IMG/VR virus record: IMGVR_UViG_3300048623_000036
Span: 1 to 52,138 of that record
Length of the DNA stretch: 52,138 nucleotides
Reading direction: 5' to 3' (one strand)
Source of the DNA: a virus
Taxonomy: Duplodnaviria > Caudoviricetes
The stretch's first letter is position 1; each line of letters begins with the position of its first letter. The notes beneath the pieces were generated by a model. That model saw only the letters and a list, made by a program, of their open reading frames with translations, had not been told where the DNA came from and made no database searches. Made by a program: the position numbers and the translations under genes. Of the stretch, positions 1 through 7,393 are shown piece after piece.

Positions 1-127
1 GAGGCTTGTTCGCTCGTGTGTTACAGTTAACACCTGCCACACTGACGAGCGAACTTGCCTGAGGTAACCAAGAGGGAGGCAATGGCATGCTTCACTACAC
101 CGAAGACGGTATCACCTGGTTCTGGTG
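1..127. repeat. Terminal direct repeat, left copy (circular assembly overlap)
   Basis: Bases 1-127 are identical to 52012-52138; 127 bp matches a common assembler k-mer length. Confidence 0.95.
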
Positions 128-212
128 TCCCAAATGTCAGTGCTGGCTCCCGTCCTACGAGGTCGCAGAGTCACACAAGGGTCACGGTGCTTGGAACCGA
201 CCGAAGCCGTAA
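87..212 (+). CDS. Small Zn-finger-like protein (41 aa, not in the ORF track)
   Basis: GGGAGG RBS 7 nt before the ATG; MLHYTEDGITWFWCPKCQCWLPSYEVAESHKGH has CxxC plus HxxH. Confidence 0.6.
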   Translation: MLHYTEDGITWFWCPKCQCWLPSYEVAESHKGHGAWNRPKP

Positions 213-236
213 GTCAGCAATTGAGAGGAGTGCTCA

Positions 237-467
237 TTGAGCACGAAGCGTTACACCAGCGTTCAGACGGACAAGGGCCGTGTGATCTTCGACAACGCAG
301 CACAGCGGTACGTCAGTAACACCGCAACCGGTAAGGACGTACCACCGGCTGTCACTGCTGACATTGACAGGGCGGAGGTCTGGACTGCGAACGACGAGAG
401 CAGCCGCCGGATCTTCAAGGACGTGCTGAAGGAACTCAACAAGCAGCCGTGGCTGAATGAGGCCTGA
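237..467 (+). CDS. Hypothetical protein
   Basis: GAGGAG RBS, TTG start, phage-like codon usage. Confidence 0.7.
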   Translation: MSTKRYTSVQTDKGRVIFDNAAQRYVSNTATGKDVPPAVTADIDRAEVWTANDESSRRIFKDVLKELNKQPWLNEA

Positions 468-498
468 TCGCTGGAGGGATACGCTACAAGGCGCATTC

Positions 499-675
499 AT
501 GCTAACAATGATGCGACTTGTAGTCGTGGCACCTTTCATCCTCATCGGGCTTGGGTTATGCCTTACATTCATTGGCATTCCGTTGGGAGTGCTTCTGATG
601 GGGCTCGGCTCGAAATGGGCAACCGCCCCTCTGATGCGACTGCCACAACTGAATCCAGAAGGAGATTGTGACTGA
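499..675 (+). CDS. Small membrane protein
   Basis: Hydrophobic LCLTFIGIPLG hairpin; start uncertain. Confidence 0.6.
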   Translation: MLTMMRLVVVAPFILIGLGLCLTFIGIPLGVLLMGLGSKWATAPLMRLPQLNPEGDCD

Positions 676-860
676 TGGCTGCACAGAACGAGCCGGTGCC
701 TCTAGGCATCATCAAGGGGATCCTCGAAGCGGAACAAGCGTACCAACAGAAGATCTACGACATGCTGAAGGACGAGGTCTACCGACTGTCACAAACGTAC
801 GGCCTCGATGAAGCGACCACGATGCAAATCTGGGATGGTGAGTATGACCCTCGAGCCTGA
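675..860 (+). CDS. Hypothetical protein
   Basis: GGAG RBS, coupled to the upstream stop. Confidence 0.7.
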   Translation: MAAQNEPVPLGIIKGILEAEQAYQQKIYDMLKDEVYRLSQTYGLDEATTMQIWDGEYDPRA

Positions 861-1128
861 GAAAGCGGAGCTGAAGGACTTCGATTCCTTCAAGGCTGCG
901 TTCGCAGAGGCCTTGACCCCCGAACACATCCGTACGATCAAGTACGGTGCTCAGGAATACCTCACGAGGATCGAGAAGGACATCGCAACCTCCAATCACG
1001 CGGTGCCTGCGAGCCGTACCTTCACCGCGACGGAGAACCTGATGTTCCTGTACACCACAGCAGCGGCGTGCAGTACCATCCTGTTCACGATCACCGATCT
1101 CGCGAACGAACACGGCCTCGACCTCTAG
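844..1128 (+). CDS. Hypothetical protein
   Basis: ATG at 844 within ORF 808..1128. Confidence 0.65.
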   Translation: MTLEPEKAELKDFDSFKAAFAEALTPEHIRTIKYGAQEYLTRIEKDIATSNHAVPASRTFTATENLMFLYTTAAACSTILFTITDLANEHGLDL

Positions 1129-1236
1129 CTTCAGGTTACTACAGGGCTTCAACCTCCAACCCCGATCGCACGATGTGCCCTGTGGTTTCCTGTGTCTAGC
1201 AGACGCCGGTATGTACGAGAAGGAGGTACAGTCAAA

Positions 1237-1713
1237 ATGGCTTGGATTCCTGACCGTGAGCCCACATGGGTTGACGATCGCAAGGACACCTACAGTGTCA
1301 GGTTTTCGTACTGGGTGCTAGTGCCTAGTAAGGACGACGAGTTCACTCACAACTTCCAGATTGAGACCTGGAGGGAAGGCAAGTGGCTGGAGCAACAAAC
1401 GGCGTACTGTCGTGATGGTGTTGCTGCACGTGAGAAGGTCCAGTCGCACATCAAGTTCCTCACGGACTACTGGACTGAGTACGTTCACCGCCGTAACGAC
1501 GAGAAGTCAGTTCGAGCCAATGGGGTTCACAGCACCATCGGCGGAGAAGACGTCGTCTTCAAGGGCTACGGTGGTAGGAAGTGGAAGATCGTGTGGCTCG
1601 ACACTTCGCGTGGCGAGACCATTACCACCAACCTCTGGCACCAGGGTGACATCCCTCCGATCTTCCGAGACGCTCTGCCTGACAATGCAACCTTTGGAGG
1701 CCCGAATGAGTGA
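1237..1713 (+). CDS. Hypothetical protein
   Basis: AGGAGG RBS before ATG 1237. Confidence 0.7.
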   Translation: MAWIPDREPTWVDDRKDTYSVRFSYWVLVPSKDDEFTHNFQIETWREGKWLEQQTAYCRDGVAAREKVQSHIKFLTDYWTEYVHRRNDEKSVRANGVHSTIGGEDVVFKGYGGRKWKIVWLDTSRGETITTNLWHQGDIPPIFRDALPDNATFGGPNE

Positions 1714-1948
1714 GAAGTATCCAGCAATCGCTGAAGAGCCGATGAAGCGGTTCGCGACCTTTCACACTGGTGATGATGGCTACGTCATTCTCGCATGGAC
1801 GTTCCGTAGACCATTTCACATCCTGGTCTACAGTGGCTTCAGAACCGTCACAGACGCTCGTGCATTCGGGAGGACGTACTTCAAGCGTCGTTACCAGGTG
1901 AGCGGTGCATGGAAACACACCACTGCGATCAAGTACCACCTCAGCTGA
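1706..1948 (+). CDS. Hypothetical protein
   Basis: GGAGG RBS before ATG 1706. Confidence 0.6.
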   Translation: MSEKYPAIAEEPMKRFATFHTGDDGYVILAWTFRRPFHILVYSGFRTVTDARAFGRTYFKRRYQVSGAWKHTTAIKYHLS

Positions 1949-2004
1949 CGGCATAAACATAGTTTATGACCTGAAAGTTCCCAAAAAGATCTTGAGATGG
2001 GGCC

Positions 2005-2034
2005 TTGATCTCCTATCTCGCACCGCTGTATAAT
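2005..2034 (+). promoter_or_regulatory. SigA/HrdB-type promoter
   Basis: TTGATC-N18-TATAAT. Confidence 0.8.
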
Positions 2035-2111
2035 TAAACCAGAAGCGAAAAACCATCGCAAACACAGACACTGAACCACATGCCCGTGGAGCAAAGGAAC
2101 AAGGAATCGAC

Positions 2112-2723
2112 ATGACGACCGAATACGACCGTATGGTCGCGGAGCAGGCCTCGAGCCTGAATGAGAACGAGAACGACCCCGAGAACTTCGACACCGATCA
2201 CGGCCTGAGCGACACCGACGAGGACGTCGACGTGGACACGGACTTCAGCGCGGAGGACGACGAGGTCGAGGACGTCACCGACGCTCCGGCCGACGCCACC
2301 TCGACGGCGACCAAGGCCAAGAAGGAGCCGGCCAAGCCGAAGCGCGGCGACCTACCCGAGGGCTTCGTCACGCCGGTCGGCCTCGCGAAGGTCATCACGG
2401 AGCAGGGACTGCACGGCAAGGACAACGATGGAACGCCGCGTGTCTGCCCGCCGCAGGTCGTGTACTCCTACATCAAGAACGCTCCCAAGGAGCACCCGTT
2501 CCCGCTCGAGACGGTGAACGACAGCATCGGCAACCCGCGACAGGCGCTGAAGCTGGACGCCGGTATCGAGTGGTGGAAGGCGAAGAACGCTCGCGTCGCG
2601 GAGCGCAAGACCAACGCGGCGCAGAAGCTCGAGAAGAAGGAAGCTGCTGCGGCCGCCAAGGAAGCCGCAGGCACGACCGAGGCCGCGAGCGAGCCGGAGA
2701 CACCCGCCGAAGAGGCGGAGTGA
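2112..2723 (+). CDS. Putative HTH DNA-binding protein with an acidic N-terminus (paralog of 49323..49637)
   Basis: D/E-rich first ~60 aa; TPVGLAK...PPQVVYSYIK block shared with 49323; strongly biased codons suggest high expression. Confidence 0.55.
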   Translation: MTTEYDRMVAEQASSLNENENDPENFDTDHGLSDTDEDVDVDTDFSAEDDEVEDVTDAPADATSTATKAKKEPAKPKRGDLPEGFVTPVGLAKVITEQGLHGKDNDGTPRVCPPQVVYSYIKNAPKEHPFPLETVNDSIGNPRQALKLDAGIEWWKAKNARVAERKTNAAQKLEKKEAAAAAKEAAGTTEAASEPETPAEEAE

Positions 2724-2914
2724 GGGTCGCGACTTCAGGAGCTTGACGGGGGTCAAGTGATGGGCGGCTTTCACACAAGTGAGGCTACAGGGACTGCAAC
2801 GCGTCCCACCGTCCACGGTAGTAGTGAGTCTGATCAAACTAGCAATCCGTGCATTAAACGAGTGGTGCACGGGGAATGGTGTCGATCAGGACCTACGCCC
2901 AGGGGAAGATGGTC

Positions 2915-2997
2915 TGCCGGTAAGGTCCTTTTAGGGTGCAGGACAGTGGCTTAGCAGTAAAAGCCTCCCAGCGCGGGTTCGAGTCCCGCACCGGCAG
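2915..2997 (+). ncRNA. tRNA-like RNA with a non-canonical anticodon arm
   Basis: Perfect acceptor stem TGCCGGT/ACCGGCA, T arm GCGGG-TTCGAGT-CCCGC, D stem GTCCT/AGGAC; anticodon arm GGCTT-N8-AAGCC has no canonical 7-nt loop. Confidence 0.7.
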
Positions 2998-2999
2998 CT

Positions 3000-3081
3000 G
3001 GAACTGAAGTTAAATGGTCGTCGTACATACCGTCCGATCATGCCAGGTGCGTACGATAAGAGATGTCGCTGCTTCAGTTCC
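3000..3081 (+). ncRNA. Unknown structured RNA unit
   Basis: 11-bp closing helix GGAACTGAAGT/GCTTCAGTTCC with internal stem TCGTAC/GTACGA. Confidence 0.5.
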
Positions 3082-3088
3082 TCTTTAG

Positions 3089-3188
3089 TCAGGACGTTGT
3101 AACGTCACAGATGAAGGTCCACCGATAGAATCGCGCGGCTGCGATTCGCCACCGAGTGGCAAGTAGCAGTGACCGGTCGACGTCCTGA
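3089..3188 (+). ncRNA. Unknown multi-branched structured RNA unit
   Basis: Closing helix TCAGGACGTTG/CGACGTCCTGA; inner GTCAC/GTGAC, GAATCGC/GCGATTC, GCCAC/GTGGC. Confidence 0.55.
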
Positions 3189-3190
3189 TA

Positions 3191-3246
3191 GGAACCACAG
3201 TGTTGCGCGCACTCCTCCCCCCTCGGTGCCGTATTGCTGTGGTTCC
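3191..3246 (+). ncRNA. Long hairpin RNA with a C-rich (anti-SD-like) loop
   Basis: Stem GGAACCACAG.../...CTGTGGTTCC; loop TCCTCCCCCCTCG. Confidence 0.5.
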
Positions 3247-3251
3247 GCTAA

Positions 3252-3323
3252 GCACTCGTAGCTCAACGGGAGAGCACCGGATTGTCAGTCCGGAGGTTGT
3301 GGGTTCGAATCCCATCGGGTGCG
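3252..3323 (+). tRNA. tRNA-Asp(GTC)
   Basis: Full cloverleaf: GCACTCG/CGGGTGC, GCTC/GAGC, CCGGA-TTGTCAG-TCCGG, GTGGG-TTCGAAT-CCCAT; discriminator G; CCA not encoded. Confidence 0.92.
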
Positions 3324-3391
3324 CGGTCGTAGCTATAGATGCGACAAGTGAAGCACAGTATAACCCTTTGAACGGTGCTGTGTCATGTACG

Positions 3392-3523
3392 AAGTGGTGA
3401 AGACGTATGGTCAGTGTCTCACGCCGGTTCGCACGTAGGTGCTATCGGAAGAGACGAGCTCACTGTCGACGGACATAGTAAGGTAGCGCACCTGCCTGTA
3501 ACCGATCGACGTCTTCACCATTT
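3392..3523 (+). ncRNA. Unknown structured RNA unit
   Basis: 15-bp closing helix AAGTGGTGAAGACGT/ACGTCTTCACCATTT with several nested stems (CAGTG/CACTG, GTCTC/GAGAC, GCAC/GTGC, AGGTAG/CTGCCT). Confidence 0.55.
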
Positions 3524-3525
3524 AG

Positions 3526-3609
3526 GCGGGGCGTAGTGTTAATTGGTAGCACGTCGTAGGTTGTGGGGATAATCTACGAAGGTCCGGTTCGAATCCGGCC
3601 GCCGCACCA
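3526..3609 (+). ncRNA. tRNA-like RNA (His/Pro-like) with an extended anticodon arm
   Basis: TAGTGTTAATTGGTAGCAC D arm, CCGG-TTCGAAT-CCGG T arm, 3' ACCA; anticodon arm TCGTAG-GTTGTGGGGATAAT-CTACGA is too long; acceptor stem imperfect. Confidence 0.7.
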
Positions 3610-3697
3610 GGAAGGTAGGGGGTCGCGCCCCTCGAGATCGGATGGCGGTTCGATCGAAGTCCCAAGTCAGGATGAAGCCTGCGAGTCGGAGCCTTCC
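3610..3697 (+). ncRNA. Unknown structured RNA unit
   Basis: Closing helix GGAAGGT/GCCTTCC enclosing three small hairpins. Confidence 0.45.
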
Positions 3698-3705
3698 GGT
3701 TAACT

Positions 3706-3747
3706 GAAGGCCCTCTTTGGATTTACACGTACCTGGAGAGGGCCTTC
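3706..3747 (+). terminator. Hairpin ending the RNA array (probable terminator)
   Basis: GAAGGCCCTCT/AGAGGGCCTTC 11-bp stem just before the next promoter; no U tract. Confidence 0.5.
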
Positions 3748-3769
3748 GCCCATAGACAAAAACTGACTC

Positions 3770-3799
3770 GTGATATCACGAGCTGACCAGCTATATAAT
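3770..3799 (+). promoter_or_regulatory. SigA-type promoter overlapped by a 16-bp palindrome
   Basis: GTGATA-N18-TATAAT; palindrome CTCGTGATATCACGAG at 3767-3782. Confidence 0.65.
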
Positions 3800-3846
3800 A
3801 GAATCAGAGACAAGCCGCTTCGCGGCAAACATACCACAGGGAGGAG

Positions 3847-4332
3847 GTGTCGGTAGTGAACGATGACGATGCGACACCGGTCATGTATGACCATTGTGTC
3901 AAGGTGTTCGAGGAGATGCAGAAGACGGCCACGATCAAAGAGGCTGAGGGTGGCGTCCGCATTGCTGTCTGGGAAGGTTACCTGACGAGGCTGATCCAGC
4001 AGGATCTGGATCTCGCGGTGCCTTACTACAGCGCGATCCGTGCTCATCTGATCCGCATGGGCAGTGTCAAGCAACTCCGTCGTGGCGGTGGCTCCTCCAA
4101 GAGTCAGTGGGAGGTTGTCAAGCCGCCGACGAAGGAACTGTTCGAGACCGCTCAGGCGACGGGCAGTCAACGGCTGCAGCAGAAGGAGACGCACATCCAG
4201 CGGATCAACGACCTGACGCAGCGTGTTGCGAGGCTGGAGCAGAACGAACGCGCGCTGGCTGAGGCGCTCTCGCACCTGCAAGGTCAGTTCGCCGCGCACA
4301 TCAACGCCAACGGTCACGAAGAGGTGGCATAG
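3847..4332 (+). CDS. Possible winged-helix DNA-binding protein with a C-terminal coiled coil
   Basis: YYSAIRAHLIRMGSVKQLRRGGG...QWEV helix-wing pattern; heptad tail; GGAGG RBS. Confidence 0.45.
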   Translation: MSVVNDDDATPVMYDHCVKVFEEMQKTATIKEAEGGVRIAVWEGYLTRLIQQDLDLAVPYYSAIRAHLIRMGSVKQLRRGGGSSKSQWEVVKPPTKELFETAQATGSQRLQQKETHIQRINDLTQRVARLEQNERALAEALSHLQGQFAAHINANGHEEVA

Positions 4333-4616
4333 TGGACGTAGAAACAGGCCTCGACGGAAACATCATTCCGTCGACCATCAGTGATGCGCTGACCTTCGAC
4401 ATGCTCTACCGTCCTGGGAAGGGCTTCGGTCAGAGCGTCATCGGATGCAAACAGCGTGTGTGGGTCATGGACGACCTGACGGGCAACGCGAAGCGGATGC
4501 AGCGACAGTTCATTGCCGATCACGCTACCGATCCTGATCACGTACACATGCGGGACGCCGACCGAACGTTCGAGAACGAGGTTCGCCTTCACGGAACCCT
4601 TGGAGACCTCGCATGA
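4332..4616 (+). CDS. Hypothetical protein
   Basis: Coupled ORF in the operon. Confidence 0.6.
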   Translation: MDVETGLDGNIIPSTISDALTFDMLYRPGKGFGQSVIGCKQRVWVMDDLTGNAKRMQRQFIADHATDPDHVHMRDADRTFENEVRLHGTLGDLA

Positions 4617-4951
4617 GCGCCACGTGGGAAGAAGCACGCAAGTGTCCGAAGTGTGGTCTCAGTGGTGAGCCTCGTGGTGGAGCCAAGCCGTCACTGCGAG
4701 TCGGTGTGAAGCTGATCAACGTCTTCTGCACGAACGTAATGTGTACCTGGGACCAAACGAGCTGGGTCGTCCAGATCAACGAAGACGGTTCGATTCCGGA
4801 TGCTGCACCTGCAGGCCAACCTCGAGGCGAGAAGCAGTTCGGGTCGGAGCTCTACCTCCCTTCGTCGACGACCAACAAGTGGGTCGATGATGCCAACGTA
4901 CGAGCAGCTGGGATGGACAACCCTGGAGTGAAGGAGCTGGGATCAGGATGA
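4613..4951 (+). CDS. Zn-ribbon protein
   Basis: CPKC...CTNVMC; ATGA overlap. Confidence 0.65.
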   Translation: MSATWEEARKCPKCGLSGEPRGGAKPSLRVGVKLINVFCTNVMCTWDQTSWVVQINEDGSIPDAAPAGQPRGEKQFGSELYLPSSTTNKWVDDANVRAAGMDNPGVKELGSG

Positions 4952-5262
4952 CACAGGTCGTCTTCAAGTACCCTCTCGACAGCAAGACCCACCTGCACGG
5001 CAAGACAGGTCAGGCACTGTACGAAGTCGTGATGCCTGAGGGTGCCAAGGTCATCAGTGCGGGGCTTCGTGGCGAGCCGGTACCATGCATCTGGGCGCTG
5101 ATCGACACTCGTGAAGAGACGATGGTCTGTCACCACTTCCTCGCAGTGTGGACTGGTGTTCCGTTTCCCGAACTTCCGTACGACGATGGTCAACCGGAGT
5201 ACGAGTTCATCGCCACCTTCCGCGTCAGCGACCAGATCTTTCACATCTTCGAAGTGGTGTAG
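4948..5262 (+). CDS. Conserved phage hypothetical protein
   Basis: VFKYPL...MPEGAKVISAG...IWALID pattern; ATGA overlap. Confidence 0.65.
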   Translation: MTQVVFKYPLDSKTHLHGKTGQALYEVVMPEGAKVISAGLRGEPVPCIWALIDTREETMVCHHFLAVWTGVPFPELPYDDGQPEYEFIATFRVSDQIFHIFEVV

Positions 5263-5264
5263 TC

Positions 5265-5555
5265 ATGACAACCACACCGAAGCATGACCTGGGTAGTGGT
5301 GTCTCGTACAGCAAGATCGTAGACAGTGACGATGCCTGGATAGGCCTTCACATCTGGCACGCTAACTGTCCGGTACACGGCAACTCAAGCGAAGACAACC
5401 TCGGATGCATCGGTACAGTCTGGCTCACACCACTTGAAGGACGTCCCAGTTGGACTGTCGAGTCGTGGGAGCCACTGACCATTAGTCCATCCATCCTCCG
5501 CAAGGAATGTGGTCTGCACGGATGGATTCGTGAAGGTCGCTGGGTGGCTGCATGA
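5265..5555 (+). CDS. DUF6527-like protein
   Basis: W...PLTISPSI...CGLHGWIREGRW motif. Confidence 0.55.
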   Translation: MTTTPKHDLGSGVSYSKIVDSDDAWIGLHIWHANCPVHGNSSEDNLGCIGTVWLTPLEGRPSWTVESWEPLTISPSILRKECGLHGWIREGRWVAA

Positions 5556-5665
5556 GGTGGTACGAGTACATTGCGTTGCTTGCTCCGACCTTCGCTCTCG
5601 GCTGGCTATGCAGTGACGTTGCAAACCTCTTCTGGTTCCTACGCTACCTTGACAAGGAGAAGTGA
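5552..5665 (+). CDS. Small membrane protein (37 aa)
   Basis: ATGA overlap, hydrophobic. Confidence 0.5.
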   Translation: MRWYEYIALLAPTFALGWLCSDVANLFWFLRYLDKEK

Positions 5666-5803
5666 ATGGTCGGCTGGTGGTGGTTGATCGTAGCCTTCCT
5701 CGTCGGCATCTCGACTGCGTGCCTCATAGTAGGCCTGTCTGTACGCAAGGGCTACGCTGCAGCGCGTACACACGACCGTAACCGTGGCCGCTGGCCAGAT
5801 TAA
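5666..5803 (+). CDS. Small membrane protein (45 aa)
   Basis: AAGGAG RBS, single TM segment. Confidence 0.55.
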   Translation: MVGWWWLIVAFLVGISTACLIVGLSVRKGYAAARTHDRNRGRWPD

Positions 5804-5826
5804 CCAACACGAAGGAGGACCAGTGA

Positions 5827-5976
5827 ATGGCCGCGACCAGTAATGTCATCAGCTACCCGACGCACAAGATGATCAAGACTCCCGGGTGCGGCAAGGCGAT
5901 CTGGGACGGAGAGCTCGAGCGCTGGGTTGTCTATCGAGGCGTCAAGAACATCCGCATCGATGCACGTCAGAGGTAA
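5827..5976 (+). CDS. Hypothetical protein (49 aa)
   Basis: AAGGAGG RBS. Confidence 0.55.
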   Translation: MAATSNVISYPTHKMIKTPGCGKAIWDGELERWVVYRGVKNIRIDARQR

Positions 5977-5987
5977 TCTCGACATCA

Positions 5988-6005
5988 GCCCTGTGGTATC
6001 GGTGT
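5988..6005 (+). repeat. Operator-like box GCCCTGTGGT(RTCGGTGT), one of about 9 copies
   Basis: Other copies at 1173, 3831, 9709, 25077, 28689, 35705, 48546 and 51993. Confidence 0.75.
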
Positions 6006-6162
6006 AAGAAGCCATCACCGCGTGTCTATCTTGAAGTCTAACTTACGGTTCATAGCTAGCTATAGTAAGTCCTTAGGTAGCTATGTTCCATTGGTTAGAC
6101 CTTATATAGAGGTCTTAGACCATAGTTTAGACGAAGCTCGAGCACGAAGCTCAAAGTGAGTC

Positions 6163-6193
6163 TTGTGGATCCTAGCGTGTTCTCCTGTATAAT
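6163..6193 (+). promoter_or_regulatory. SigA-type promoter
   Basis: TTGTGG-N19-TATAAT with extended -10 TG. Confidence 0.65.
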
Positions 6194-6215
6194 AAAAAGA
6201 AAGGAGAGAAAGCGA

Positions 6216-6458
6216 ATGACCTCTAACGAATACCCAGAGCAGACGATACGTACTGAGCACCCGCTGAACATAGTTGTTCTGGACATGCGCACGCTTGGTA
6301 ACCTACTACACAGTGCACAGAAGTTCGCAGACGCCATGGTTGCGAAGCACCATGTGTGTCAGGAGCTGACCGAAGATGGTCTGACTCACGGTGCGGAAGA
6401 TGTCTACAGTGCCCTCGACGAGCTCGTGGTGCTGATGAGGGAGCGTGAATCGAAGTGA
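6216..6458 (+). CDS. Hypothetical protein
   Basis: AAGGAG RBS before ATG 6216. Confidence 0.65.
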   Translation: MTSNEYPEQTIRTEHPLNIVVLDMRTLGNLLHSAQKFADAMVAKHHVCQELTEDGLTHGAEDVYSALDELVVLMRERESK

Positions 6459-6793
6459 CTACCAATGATGTTCGTACGACATTCATCATGCCGTACACGA
6501 TGTTCAGGAAGGCTCCCTACCGAGAGACGGCGGAGTACTTCGATGCGGTTCCGATCGAGCTGGAACCATTCTTCAAGGACATCCTCAGCCAGGACAACCT
6601 CCGTCTCGAAGCTGAGATCCTGTCGACGAGAGAAGTCAACTTCACCATCACTCACTCAGAGTACGGTGACTACGACGGCTTCGTCAAGCCGAACGGACCT
6701 GAAGTTCCCATCGCCATCACTGACATGCTTCGCCGGTTCAACGTCGACGAGTACCAGCAGTGGCTGCGAGAGCAGGAGATGTCCAATGGGTGA
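6455..6793 (+). CDS. Hypothetical protein
   Basis: GTGA overlap. Confidence 0.7.
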   Translation: MTTNDVRTTFIMPYTMFRKAPYRETAEYFDAVPIELEPFFKDILSQDNLRLEAEILSTREVNFTITHSEYGDYDGFVKPNGPEVPIAITDMLRRFNVDEYQQWLREQEMSNG

Positions 6794-7022
6794 GGACCAA
6801 GAGCGTCCGAGGGGCTACTCGCTTCAGGAACAAGTTCGTGAAGCGGAACTCACCATCATCAAGGACAGCATCTTATGTGAGCACGAGATCGACCAGCGTG
6901 ACATCCGGATCGACGAGCTCGAGACGGCCCTAAAGCAGGTCAGAGAAATCATATACGGTGCCGATACTGTCGAGGACCTCTCCTCTGCTATGGACATCAT
7001 CGACGAGGTGATCGGTGGATGA
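6786..7022 (+). CDS. Hypothetical coiled-coil protein
   Basis: AGGAG RBS before ATG 6786. Confidence 0.6.
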   Translation: MGEDQERPRGYSLQEQVREAELTIIKDSILCEHEIDQRDIRIDELETALKQVREIIYGADTVEDLSSAMDIIDEVIGG

Positions 7023-7393
7023 GCATCTTCCAGGAGACGAAGCGTATGGCAGCCATAGGCCGTGAGGTCATGGAGCGTATGGATCCAGAAGACGCCTCGC
7101 TCCGTCCAGTACACTTCCCACATGCAATCGCATACTGGGCTATCGCAACACAGCGCGGTCTACTTGCCGTACTAAGCGATGGAGAAAGGAACTTCGACGA
7201 GCAGTTCCAGGTGATCCAGGAGGCATTCTCCATCGCCTTCATGACTGGGTTCGAGTTCGCCAAGTCAGGTGAAACATACAGTGACTGTGAGTGCGGGAAG
7301 TTCACGGCTGACAGCGTAGAGGAGCTGATGTCCGATGCTTGGCGGCACGAGTTCAACAGGGCCCACCCATCAACAGAACCTCCTCAGGAGTAA
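7019..7393 (+). CDS. Hypothetical protein
   Basis: ATGA overlap. Confidence 0.65.
   Translation: MSIFQETKRMAAIGREVMERMDPEDASLRPVHFPHAIAYWAIATQRGLLAVLSDGERNFDEQFQVIQEAFSIAFMTGFEFAKSGETYSDCECGKFTADSVEELMSDAWRHEFNRAHPSTEPPQE

Noticed and set aside
1-127. Biological direct terminal repeat
   Set aside because: An exact 127-bp overlap that cuts through a gene is typical of assembler circularisation; the real termini are unknown
55-240. ORF-track call 55..240
   Set aside because: A different frame (87..212) has better RBS spacing and a coherent Zn-finger sequence
2757-3400. Short ORFs 2757..2954, 3085..3315 and 3200..3400
   Set aside because: They overlap tRNA and structured RNA units and have atypical composition
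3655-3697. Twister or hammerhead ribozyme in the RNA array (GTCCCAAG and GATGAA words)
   Set aside because: The full conserved cores and pseudoknots could not be assembled by eye; needs an Infernal search
5988-6137. Repeats as a CRISPR mini-array or att site
   Set aside because: Copies are dispersed and degenerate with no regular spacers; no integrase was found
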